Of a stretch of 38,740 bases of DNA, positions 8,406 to 16,509 are shown in pieces. A program made the translations under genes and the position numbers. Location: the IMG/VR virus record IMGVR_UViG_3300031460_000089, positions 1 to 38,740 of that record; one strand, 5' to 3'. Source of the DNA: a virus (taxonomy: Duplodnaviria; Caudoviricetes). A model generated the notes under the pieces. It was not told the origin of the DNA, did not search any database, and was given only the letters and a program-made list of their open reading frames with translations. Positions within the stretch are counted from its first letter, which is position 1, and each line of letters opens with the position of its first letter.

Positions 8406-8644
8406 CGCCGTTAGGTGCGATCTTGGCTGAGGTGAATGATATCTCCGGCCTGTTCACCAATCGCATCGTCACCAGCGGCAACGTCTCCGGCAAGTGCGTC
8501 GGTACCCGAATCCACGGCACATATTGGGACGCCGCGACCGGCAGGACCGTACCCGCTGCGTCACTGGTGCTTCTCGACGTTGATGGCATAGAGCAGTGGG
8601 CTCCGATGGTGGGAGCGACGATCGAGGCAGGTGAGCAGCAGTGA
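8402..8644 (+). CDS. Hypothetical protein, 80 aa
   Basis: Coupled overlaps on both sides. Confidence 0.65.
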   Translation: MTPLGAILAEVNDISGLFTNRIVTSGNVSGKCVGTRIHGTYWDAATGRTVPAASLVLLDVDGIEQWAPMVGATIEAGEQQ

Positions 8645-8868
8645 CCTGCCCCTCGTGCACACGGCCAACACCGGACGGCCTCGTCTGCCAGTCATGCATC
8701 GACCGGCTCAGAGCCGATCTGACGGCTTTACCGGGCTACTGGGCCGAACTACCCACGACCATCCGCCGACAAGCACAGACGGGCGATGGGAGCGGCGGGA
8801 AGGCCCACGAGGCGCCACTGCCGTTCGACCTGACCGCCGCGACCGTCCGGGACTCGGTGAACGCATGA
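8641..8868 (+). CDS. Zn-finger hypothetical protein, 75 aa
   Basis: CPSC...CQSC; GTGA/ATGA overlaps. Confidence 0.65.
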   Translation: MTCPSCTRPTPDGLVCQSCIDRLRADLTALPGYWAELPTTIRRQAQTGDGSGGKAHEAPLPFDLTAATVRDSVNA

Positions 8869-9548
8869 CGAGGGCACCCGACCTGAATACCGCGGTGGAC
8901 GCGCTTATCCAGCGGACCCGGATCAAGGTGTACCGGGAGGACACACAGAAGCACATCTGGCAGACGATCCCCTCACTGTGGGAGCAGCTGGAAATGTCGG
9001 CGATGTGGCGTGGAGGCGGCAGCTCAGGCGCCGGTACCTTCGGTAGCCGACCAACCATCAGCACCGGCGTCGTGTCTCTCATCATCGACGTCTCAACCGC
9101 AGCATCCGAAGGCGCACAAGAGCACGCAGGGAAGGCGCATCGCTCGGTGCCTGGCAACCTTCGGGCCATCGCTGCGAAGCTGATGGTCGGCAAAGACCTG
9201 GACCAGCTCGACTGGTGGCAAACGTCGCTGCAACGGTGGGCTCGGGATGCCCGCGCAGAGCTGAAGCTCGACCCAGTGCGCCCGCGATTCGCACGCGGTA
9301 TCCACTGCCCAGACTGCGGCGCTGACACCGCCACCACCGAACAAGACGGGGAAACCGTGCGCACACCTGCCATCGCTATCACCTGGACCGGACCCGACGA
9401 CGATGAGCACCATCCCGACACCGACTGGAAAGTGCGGGCAGTCGAGTGCCGCGTGTGCGCTGCGACGTGGTGGCGAGGCCCTGATCTGGATCGGCTGGTA
9501 TCGGACATGTTGCAGGCGAACAAGTCTCGTGAGATAATGGCTGGATAG
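8865..9548 (+). CDS. Zn-ribbon protein, candidate late-gene regulator
   Basis: CPDCG...CRVCAATW; last early gene before the late promoter/terminator. Function inferred from position only. Confidence 0.65.
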   Translation: MTRAPDLNTAVDALIQRTRIKVYREDTQKHIWQTIPSLWEQLEMSAMWRGGGSSGAGTFGSRPTISTGVVSLIIDVSTAASEGAQEHAGKAHRSVPGNLRAIAAKLMVGKDLDQLDWWQTSLQRWARDARAELKLDPVRPRFARGIHCPDCGADTATTEQDGETVRTPAIAITWTGPDDDEHHPDTDWKVRAVECRVCAATWWRGPDLDRLVSDMLQANKSREIMAG

Positions 9549-9587
9549 ACCCCCGCATCTGCGCTAACAGACCGGGGGCGTGGCCGC

Positions 9588-9758
9588 GATGAGTGGTCAT
9601 ACAGCAACGATGATCCTGATGACATCACTGATGAGCGTGCACGCCGTTACACCTGGAACCTGAGCTTGTACCTTCCACGCTGTTGGAGCTGTCATCGCAG
9701 GTTCGATGGGACGATCACCAACATTCGGATGATGAGGTGCTATTCTGGCCTCAAGTAG
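9588..9758 (+). pseudogene. Start-less C-terminal remnant of an HNH-like Zn nuclease
   Basis: Frame reads DEWSYSNDDPD...YLPRCWSCHRRFD; no in-frame start codon between the upstream TAG (9546-9548) and this motif. Confidence 0.55.
9738..9746 (+). promoter_or_regulatory. Candidate late promoter, extended -10 TGCTATTCT
   Basis: TGN-TANNNT upstream of a hairpin, a terminator and the packaging operon. Confidence 0.5.
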
Positions 9759-9792
9759 GTGAGCTGTCTTTACTGGACGGCACCTTGCGACG

Positions 9793-9822
9793 GCCCTGGA
9801 CTTCGGTTCGGGGCTTTTGTCG
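9793..9822 (+). terminator. Intrinsic terminator in the late leader
   Basis: GCCCTGGAC-TTCG-GTTCGGGGC stem with C(UUCG)G loop, followed by TTTTGTCG. Confidence 0.75.
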
Positions 9823-9868
9823 TCTCATCCGGGCCAGGAGCCGACCAACACACAACACGAGGTGAACG

Positions 9869-10354
9869 ATGCCTCGTGGACGACCAGTCGAACCCGAAAA
9901 GCGCGCGTTGGTGTTGAAGCTCCACGCTGCCGGTGACGGTCGTAATGCGATCGCTGAGGCGTCGGGTGTGTCCGCGTCGTCGGTGACGGCGATTGTGGCT
10001 GAGGCTGGTAGGTCGTTTGATCGGTCAGCTACGCGGGTCGCTGTGGATGCGCGACGGGTCGACTTGGCTGCGATGCGCGCCGAGTTAGCTCGTGGCCTGT
10101 TGGTGGACGCCGCGTGGTTCCGTGAGCAGGCGAGGTTGCCCGGTCAGCGGATGACGGTCAAGGGCGTGCTGGTCGACCTGAGTCGGCCCGAGGCTGGCGA
10201 TGCGCGGAACTGGATGACGTCGCTTGGTATCGCTGTGCAGCGGTCGATGGAGTTGGAGAAGTTCGATTCGGATCGTGGTGTGGGTGATGCGGTCAGTGTG
10301 TTGGATTCGCTCAGTGCGGCGTTGAAGACCGCCGCTGATGTGCTGGACGCCTGA
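9869..10354 (+). CDS. Probable terminase small subunit (N-terminal HTH)
   Basis: GRNAIAEASGVSASSVTAI HTH then helical region; GAGG RBS; first late gene, upstream of terL. Confidence 0.7.
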   Translation: MPRGRPVEPEKRALVLKLHAAGDGRNAIAEASGVSASSVTAIVAEAGRSFDRSATRVAVDARRVDLAAMRAELARGLLVDAAWFREQARLPGQRMTVKGVLVDLSRPEAGDARNWMTSLGIAVQRSMELEKFDSDRGVGDAVSVLDSLSAALKTAADVLDA

Positions 10355-10505
10355 TCAGTACTTGCTCGGCCGGGGTGAGCCAATGGGGCGAGTCGTGCTG
10401 GTGTCGAACCTCGCCAGTGGCCGTCACGATGTCGTTCACGTGCCCGCCGGGTGGACATTCGCAGCCTCGGAAGTAGTCGCCCGCTAGTCCAGGGCTTTCG
10501 TTCAT
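10311..10505 (-). CDS. Small hypothetical protein, antisense to the late operon
   Basis: GAGAGGAAAG RBS; ATGA-coupled to 10502-10615; CEC...H motifs. Confidence 0.5.
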   Translation of the reverse strand: MNESPGLAGDYFRGCECPPGGHVNDIVTATGEVRHQHDSPHWLTPAEQVLIRRPAHQRRSSTPH

Positions 10506-10615
10506 GGCACTTTCCTCTCGTTGCGGGTCTTGAGCACGGCGACGCAGATCAGTTGTGTCGCCTGCGCACCGATGAGCGCCGCGAAGATCACGATCTCCCA
10601 GGTCAGTGCATTCAT
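10502..10615 (-). CDS. Small membrane peptide, 37 aa (not in ORF track)
   Basis: MNALTWEIVIFAALIGAQATQLICVAVLKTRNERKVP: one hydrophobic helix and a basic tail; GATGAT-N6-ATG leaderless-type -10. Confidence 0.55.
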   Translation of the reverse strand: MNALTWEIVIFAALIGAQATQLICVAVLKTRNERKVP

Positions 10616-10659
10616 TGGCTTATCATCCCACGTCACACCCACAATCAGGAGGAAACATC

Positions 10660-10839
10660 ATGACCGAACCGACCGTGCAGCCGGAAGCCTTCGAGACGCA
10701 GGACGCCCCGAAGGTGGAGGAGCCGAACCGCCCCGACCTGCCGCCGGAGTCGTGGCCCGCGCAGGTCCCCGACGACGAGAAGGCCTCCGACGCGCCGGAG
10801 CCGGCCGTGCAGCCGCAGACCGAACTGCCCCCGCAGTGA
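10660..10839 (+). CDS. Acidic Pro-rich small protein, 59 aa
   Basis: Strong AGGAGG RBS; predicted disordered from composition. Confidence 0.65.
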   Translation: MTEPTVQPEAFETQDAPKVEEPNRPDLPPESWPAQVPDDEKASDAPEPAVQPQTELPPQ

Positions 10840-10946
10840 CCAGCCCGCAGCCGGTCGAGCCCGTCGAGCCGGTGACACCCGACGACCGGCGGAAGAATGA
10901 TCTGCAGCACGAAGACGCACCCGACGGAGAGCAGACAAGGCGCTAG
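10836..10946 (+). CDS. Small hypothetical protein, 36 aa
   Basis: GTGA overlap with the previous gene. Confidence 0.4.
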   Translation: MTSPQPVEPVEPVTPDDRRKNDLQHEDAPDGEQTRR

Positions 10947-10957
10947 TGTGGAACGTC

Positions 10958-11050
10958 TTCGTAGTAGCCCAAGGACGAACCTGGTCCAAAGGAGACAGAG
11001 GCACTCGGTTCAAGCCGGGGTCAGTGCAGGTTCGATTCCTGCCTACGAAG
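10958..11050 (+). tRNA. Atypical tRNA-Leu(CAA)-like RNA with expanded D-loop
   Basis: Acceptor TTCGTAG/CTACGAA; TAGCCCAA...AGAGGCA D-arm ends; CTCGG-TTCAAGC-CGGGG anticodon arm with one G-G mismatch; variable TCAGT; T-arm GCAGG-TTCGATT-CCTGC; no encoded CCA. Confidence 0.65.
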
Positions 11051-11057
11051 GTTGACC

Positions 11058-12338
11058 ATGGGCGGCATGGACCAGGTCCTGCGGATCATGTCGCCCGCCC
11101 AAATCCGGTCTATCGCCCGCGCACCCCAGGCGAAGATCAGCCTCTGGGAAGGCAGCGTCTCAGCCGGCAAAACCATCGCCAGCCTGTTCGCGCTGCTCCT
11201 GGCCATCCGCGACGCCCCACGGAACGGCCTCATAGTCATCATCGGCAAGACGTTGGCCACCGTGCACCAGAACGTGTTCTTCAACCTGCAAGACCCGAAG
11301 ATCTTCGGGACACTGGCCAACCAGGTGCAGTACACCCGCGGCGCGACGTCCGGCCGCATCCTGGGCCGCGAAGTGCTGGTGATGGGCGCCAACGACAAAC
11401 GCGCCGAAGAGAAGGTCAGAGGCGCAACCGCAGCGCTGATCTACGTGGACGAGGCGACGATCCTCCCCGACGAAGCGTTCTTCAACATGCTCGTCACCCG
11501 CCTCCGCATCCCAGGTGCCCGGATGCTGGCCACCACGAACCCGGGCGCCCGGAATCATTGGCTGCGGATCAACTGGATGCTCCGGCCCGCTGAGGTCGAG
11601 ATGCAGGTCTTCTCGTTCCGCATGTCCGACAACCCGTCGCTCACACCCGAGTACATGGCCAGCATGGAACGCACTTTCACCGGCGTGTTCTACCAGCGGT
11701 TCATCCTCGGCATGTGGACCAACGCCGAAGGCGCCATCTACGACATGTGGATGCCCGAGAAGCACGTCATCCCGTGGATGGACCTGCCGGAGATGCACCA
11801 GCTCGTCGGCGTCGGCATCGACTACGGCACGCAGCACGCATCGTCGGCGATCATGCTCGGGTTGGGTGTGGACCGCCGGCTGTACCTGGTCGATGAGTGG
11901 CGGCAGGACCCGTCGAAGCCGCCGCACCTGAACCTCACCGACGTGCAACAGTCCCAGATGATCAAGGCGTGGCTGACGCAGTCGCACCTGCCGTATCTGA
12001 CCGGCCTGAAACCGCAGTGGTTGGTGTGCGACCCGGCGCCGCGGCACTTCCGTGAGCAGCTGTACAACGACGGCGTCGTCACCCAGGCCGCCGACAACGA
12101 GGTGGCCGGCGGTATCCGCACCGTCGCGTCCCTGCTCGGCCAAGGCAAGCTGCTGGTCGCCGACCGCTGCCACGGGTTCATCGAGGAAATCCCCGGCTAT
12201 GTGTGGGATGCCAAGGTGGCGGAACGCGGTGAGGACAAGCCAGTGAAGGAAAAGGACGACTCGATGGACGCCGCCCGGTACATCGTGCATTCAACACGCG
12301 AGTTCTGGCGCCTAGACCTTCAACTCCAAGCCGCGTAG
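11058..12338 (+). CDS. terL: Terminase large subunit (PBSX-like)
   Basis: Walker A GSVSAGKT, Walker B LIYVDE, TTNP motif, nuclease GIDYG and DDSMDAARY. Confidence 0.95.
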   Translation: MGGMDQVLRIMSPAQIRSIARAPQAKISLWEGSVSAGKTIASLFALLLAIRDAPRNGLIVIIGKTLATVHQNVFFNLQDPKIFGTLANQVQYTRGATSGRILGREVLVMGANDKRAEEKVRGATAALIYVDEATILPDEAFFNMLVTRLRIPGARMLATTNPGARNHWLRINWMLRPAEVEMQVFSFRMSDNPSLTPEYMASMERTFTGVFYQRFILGMWTNAEGAIYDMWMPEKHVIPWMDLPEMHQLVGVGIDYGTQHASSAIMLGLGVDRRLYLVDEWRQDPSKPPHLNLTDVQQSQMIKAWLTQSHLPYLTGLKPQWLVCDPAPRHFREQLYNDGVVTQAADNEVAGGIRTVASLLGQGKLLVADRCHGFIEEIPGYVWDAKVAERGEDKPVKEKDDSMDAARYIVHSTREFWRLDLQLQAA

Positions 12339-12346
12339 GGGGTTTC

Positions 12347-14074
12347 GTGCCGCTCCCCCTGCCGAACTCGCCGTGGCCGCCCCGCCAGTTGCAGAACATT
12401 CTGCCGCAGATGGCTGTCTGGTCGGCGTGGTACGGCGGCGACGTCAACCAGCTGGCGCACGTCTACGGCGGATCCACCGATCCGACAGCACAAAACTTCT
12501 TCGCCTCCGACGCTGGTGGGTTTAAAGCCACAGTCGGCCGAACCCTGCAGCGCTGGTTCCACGGCGAGCCAACACGCGGCCCTGACCGCAGGATCAAACT
12601 GCACGTGCCGATCGCCGCGGACCTGTGCCAGTCGAGTGCCGATCTGGTGTTCGCCGACCCGCCGACGTTGACCATCGGGAAGGACACCGCCCCGAAACGG
12701 TTGGCGCCGGCCGGGCCTGGCGAGTCACGGCAGAAGCCAGGCAGGTTTGGCACGGCAGTCACCTCGACCACGACGCCGACGCAGGACCGGCTGAACTACT
12801 ACACCGGCGACGACCTGTACACGAGGTTGGCGGAGGCTGCTGAGCTGGCTGCTGCGTTGGGCGGCGTGTACCTGCGGGTGTCGTGGGCGCAGGACATCGC
12901 CAAAGAACCGTTCCTCACCGTCGTAGACGCTGACTGCTCCATCCCTGAATTCAAGTTCGACACCCTGACGGCGGTCACGTTTTGGCAGGTCATCGCCACC
13001 GAAGGTCAGACGGTGTGGCGGCACCTCGAACGGCACGAGCTGGACTCGGAAGGCTTCGGCATCATCGTGCACGCCCTGTATCAGGGTGAGCGGGACAACA
13101 TCGGCCACCCGGTGCCGCTGCTCGACCAGCCGGAAACGGCCGGGTTCGTGGACGTCGACCACCCGGAAGGCATCTTCTCCACCGAATCGGCCGGCCTGGC
13201 CGTCGCCTACATCCCGAACCAACGGCCGCACCGCAGGTGGCGGACGGATCCTTTGGGGCGGCATCTGGGGCGGTCGGATCTGGACGGCGTCGAGCAGATG
13301 ATGGACGCCTTGGACGAGACGTACACGTCGTGGCAGCGGGACATCCGGTTGGGTAAGTCGCGGCTGATCATCTCCCGCTCGTTGACGGAAGACAACGGCA
13401 GTGGTCAAGGGTCGACCATCAACCTGGAGCAAGAGGCTTACGCGCCCGTGAACGCGATGCTGGCGAACGCGACCGCAGTGGACGGCCTGATGTCGCAGGT
13501 GCAGTTCAAGATCCGGGTACAGGAGCACCTGGACACCGCGATGAACCTGCTCGAGCAGATCGTCCGGTCCGCCGGCTACGCAGGTCACGCGTTCGGTATC
13601 ACCCCGCAGACGAAAGGCTCCAAGACGGCCACCGAGGTGGAGTCGATGGACCGCCGTTCCCTGTTGACCCGGGACCGGAAGATCCGTTTGCAGTCGGGGC
13701 CGATCTCCTACATCGTGACGAAGCTGCTCGCCGTGGATCAGGCGATATTCAACCGGCCCAACATTGTGCTCGACGACGACGTGCAGGTGACGTTCCCCGA
13801 TGGTGTTCAAGAGTCGCAGATCACCTTGGCTCAGACGGTTATGGCGTTGCGGACAGCTGAGGCCGCGACAACGGAGACGCTCGTCGGCATCGTCCATCCC
13901 GATTGGGATCCGGATGATGTGGCTGCTGAGGCCGCGCAGATCCTGAAGGAGCAGGGCTCCGCTGTGCCTGCTCCTGACCAGTTCGGGCAGCCACCTGCCG
14001 ATGCTGCGCCTGCTGTGCCCGGTAGCACGCCCGCTGCCGGTTCCAATCCCAACGCCCAGGGAGCAACACCATGA
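12347..14074 (+). CDS. Portal protein
   Basis: 575 aa directly after terL; LGRSDL...LDETYTSWQRDIRLGK and KTATEV motifs of A118/SPP1-like portals. Confidence 0.9.
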   Translation: MPLPLPNSPWPPRQLQNILPQMAVWSAWYGGDVNQLAHVYGGSTDPTAQNFFASDAGGFKATVGRTLQRWFHGEPTRGPDRRIKLHVPIAADLCQSSADLVFADPPTLTIGKDTAPKRLAPAGPGESRQKPGRFGTAVTSTTTPTQDRLNYYTGDDLYTRLAEAAELAAALGGVYLRVSWAQDIAKEPFLTVVDADCSIPEFKFDTLTAVTFWQVIATEGQTVWRHLERHELDSEGFGIIVHALYQGERDNIGHPVPLLDQPETAGFVDVDHPEGIFSTESAGLAVAYIPNQRPHRRWRTDPLGRHLGRSDLDGVEQMMDALDETYTSWQRDIRLGKSRLIISRSLTEDNGSGQGSTINLEQEAYAPVNAMLANATAVDGLMSQVQFKIRVQEHLDTAMNLLEQIVRSAGYAGHAFGITPQTKGSKTATEVESMDRRSLLTRDRKIRLQSGPISYIVTKLLAVDQAIFNRPNIVLDDDVQVTFPDGVQESQITLAQTVMALRTAEAATTETLVGIVHPDWDPDDVAAEAAQILKEQGSAVPAPDQFGQPPADAAPAVPGSTPAAGSNPNAQGATP

Positions 14075-14553
14075 CCATGATTGCCAACAATTCTGAGCAA
14101 ACGACTGATACCGCCGCTGTCCTGTTCGGCATCGTCGTCCAGCTCACCTTTGAACGCGACCTTGCCCGCAAGGAGCGCGACGAAGCCCGCGAGCAGCTGT
14201 CTCTCACCTCCAGTCAGACCCGTTGGCGTGTGGCCGATCTTGAGCAGCAGGCTACGAAGCTGCTGGCCCGCGAGGGTGTCCTCAGTCGAGAACGCCACGA
14301 CGCTATCAATGCGCTCGATGATGCCCGCAAGGAACGGGACGTGGCGCTGGAGAATGACTGGCCGTCATGCAGCCACCGTTCCGACATTGGTGAGCTGCTC
14401 GGATGGGTCGGCAAAGACCTGAGCAGCAAGACGATCGACACCATCACGCAGGTGCGAATCACCTACTCCGATCCGGCTACCTTCGGCCTCGTCGAGATCT
14501 TCTTCGCCACCACCTGGCACCAAGTGAATGATTGCACCGTCCGTAAACCCTGA
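14071..14553 (+). CDS. Hypothetical coiled-coil protein inserted after portal
   Basis: Coupled overlaps; ARKERD occurs twice. Confidence 0.65.
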   Translation: MTMIANNSEQTTDTAAVLFGIVVQLTFERDLARKERDEAREQLSLTSSQTRWRVADLEQQATKLLAREGVLSRERHDAINALDDARKERDVALENDWPSCSHRSDIGELLGWVGKDLSSKTIDTITQVRITYSDPATFGLVEIFFATTWHQVNDCTVRKP

Positions 14554-15593
14554 TGGCTGATGACGGTGTCGACGTCGGGCAGCGCCTCGCACGGCAACTG
14601 AAAGACCTCTACGCCACCGCCGAACTGAACCTCATCACCGCCGTCACCAAAGCGCTGAAGAGCGGGATGGACGCTTCGGGGCTGCACTTCCGGCCGGCAG
14701 CGTTCCGGGCATTGCGTGCCACAGCGCAGCGGGTCGCCGGTCTGCTCGCCCACGATTCCACCGCCATGGCCACCCAGATCGTCCAGGAGGCTGTGCGGCT
14801 CGGCTCGGTGCAGGCCATCACCGAGCTGGCCGCCGAAGTGCAAGCCTTGCCTGTCGTCGCACCTGCCGTCGAGCAGATCCAGCAGGATCTGGTCGCCAAG
14901 CTCGCCCAGACGGAGTTCCGCACCATCCGCTGGGCGCCCGACGTCTACCAGCAGGCGATCATGCCGCAAGTGCAGCACATCCTCGCCGGGGAGATGTCGC
15001 CGCTGGAGGCGCAGCAGGCAGCGTGGGAGAAGCTCGCATCCAACGGCGTCACCGGGTTCGTCGACAACACCGGCCGTGGCTGGGAACTGCAGTCGTACGT
15101 GGAGATGGCTACCCGGACGGCGACTCAGCGGGCGTGGAACGAGCAGCACACCGCCGAATACCGGGCGGCCGGGGTTGATCTGGTGATGGTGTCGACGGCG
15201 CCGGACTGCTGCGAGCTGTGCGCGCCGTTCCAGTCGGCTGTGCTGTCAATCGGCGCGGTGCCGGCGGATATGCCCGATGTGCTGATGTCGGTCGACGACG
15301 CGAGATCAGATGGGCTCCAGCACTATGCGTGCCGTTGCAGTTACACGGCGTTCTTCGAGGGTGTCACCGAGCCGTTCCCCACCAAGGTCGATCCGGTGAT
15401 GCGTGAAGACCGGGAGCAGCTCCGCTACCTCGAGCGCGGTGTGCGGCAATGGAAACGCCGCGAGGTCGCCGCTCTGACACCGGCAGCGAAGAAAGCAGCC
15501 GGGGTCAAGGTCCGGCTCTGGCAGTCAAGAATCCGGCAGCACGTCGCTTCTACCAACACCGTCCGAAAGCCATACAGGGAGCAGATCAAATGA
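14553..15593 (+). CDS. Minor capsid / head morphogenesis protein (MuF-like)
   Basis: GVTGFVDNTGRGWELQSYVEMATRT, CELC, HYACRC and QLRYLERGVRQWKRR. Confidence 0.88.
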   Translation: MADDGVDVGQRLARQLKDLYATAELNLITAVTKALKSGMDASGLHFRPAAFRALRATAQRVAGLLAHDSTAMATQIVQEAVRLGSVQAITELAAEVQALPVVAPAVEQIQQDLVAKLAQTEFRTIRWAPDVYQQAIMPQVQHILAGEMSPLEAQQAAWEKLASNGVTGFVDNTGRGWELQSYVEMATRTATQRAWNEQHTAEYRAAGVDLVMVSTAPDCCELCAPFQSAVLSIGAVPADMPDVLMSVDDARSDGLQHYACRCSYTAFFEGVTEPFPTKVDPVMREDREQLRYLERGVRQWKRREVAALTPAAKKAAGVKVRLWQSRIRQHVASTNTVRKPYREQIK

Positions 15594-15772
15594 CCGCAGC
15601 CGATGACCAGCGCACCGCACGGGTAGCAGAAGCGGCAATCCTCGCGGCGCACGAGGGGGCTCACGTGATGTTCCAGCTTTACACGGCGTACATCACCGCA
15701 GGGTTCACAGCAGATCAGGCAATGGCCGTCGTGCTGACGGTAATCAAGACAGATGTCGAGGCGTCTCGATAG
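15590..15772 (+). CDS. Small hypothetical protein, 60 aa
   Basis: ATGA overlap; LYTAYITAGFTADQAM motif. Confidence 0.7.
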   Translation: MTAADDQRTARVAEAAILAAHEGAHVMFQLYTAYITAGFTADQAMAVVLTVIKTDVEASR

Positions 15773-16321
15773 ATGACCCTTCACACTCCCGTCCCGGCCG
15801 ACGTTTGGTGTGTTCGGACGACTGGCACAGCAGCCCGAGGTATCCGCCTCGGCACCGCACTGCGTGACCTGTTCCACGGCGGCAGCAACGCCGCCGACAT
15901 CGACAACCACGTCATCGTCGTCGATCACAAAACACCCGACGGCGTGTGGTGGGGAGTCGAAGGCCGCCCGGGTGGCGTCGGGCAAACCACCCTCACCCAG
16001 TACATGGACGACCCGTTCACCATTACCAACTTCGAGCAGCCGAAGACCGACGACCAACGCGCCCAGGTCTTGGCGTGCGTCCCGCAGATCCTTGGCAAGC
16101 CGTACGACTGGACAGCGATCATGGTCGCAGCCGCCGCCGACCTACACATCCCCGAGATGTTCGCGCAGAACTGGAAAGGCCAGGGCGCGCCCGGTCACCT
16201 GATCTGCTCCGCCGTCGCCGACTGGGAATACCACCACGTCGGGCTGGCCAACCCAGCGCCGGACAGGTTCTGCACCCCAGCCGACTGGATCGACTTCATC
16301 TCGCGGAAGTGCTGGCTATGA
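15773..16321 (+). CDS. Permuted papain-like NlpC/P60 (YiiX/YaeF-type) hydrolase
   Basis: N-terminal NH, then VEG, LGKPYDW, C-terminal LICS and TPAD: His precedes Cys, as in permuted NlpC/P60 enzymes. Confidence 0.72.
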   Translation: MTLHTPVPADVWCVRTTGTAARGIRLGTALRDLFHGGSNAADIDNHVIVVDHKTPDGVWWGVEGRPGGVGQTTLTQYMDDPFTITNFEQPKTDDQRAQVLACVPQILGKPYDWTAIMVAAAADLHIPEMFAQNWKGQGAPGHLICSAVADWEYHHVGLANPAPDRFCTPADWIDFISRKCWL

Positions 16322-16509
16322 ACCGCATCGAGCATTACATCGCCGCCGACCAGATCCTCGCCAAGGTGAACGACGTTCACCCCACGATGGTCGAGTCCTA
16401 CCTCGCTGAGGCCCACATCCATGCGCTGCTCGCCACGGCTGCGGTTGAGCCGCCGACGATTCCCATGCAGCGAAGCCGCACAGAAGAATGGTTGGAGGCA
16501 TCACGATGA
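16318..16509 (+). CDS. Small hypothetical protein, 63 aa
   Basis: ATGA overlaps on both sides. Confidence 0.7.
   Translation: MNRIEHYIAADQILAKVNDVHPTMVESYLAEAHIHALLATAAVEPPTIPMQRSRTEEWLEASR

Noticed and set aside
11004-11020. Reading the tRNA-like anticodon as UCA (opal suppressor/Sec)
   Set aside because: Needs a poorly paired stem; canonical spacing from the T-arm gives CAA.
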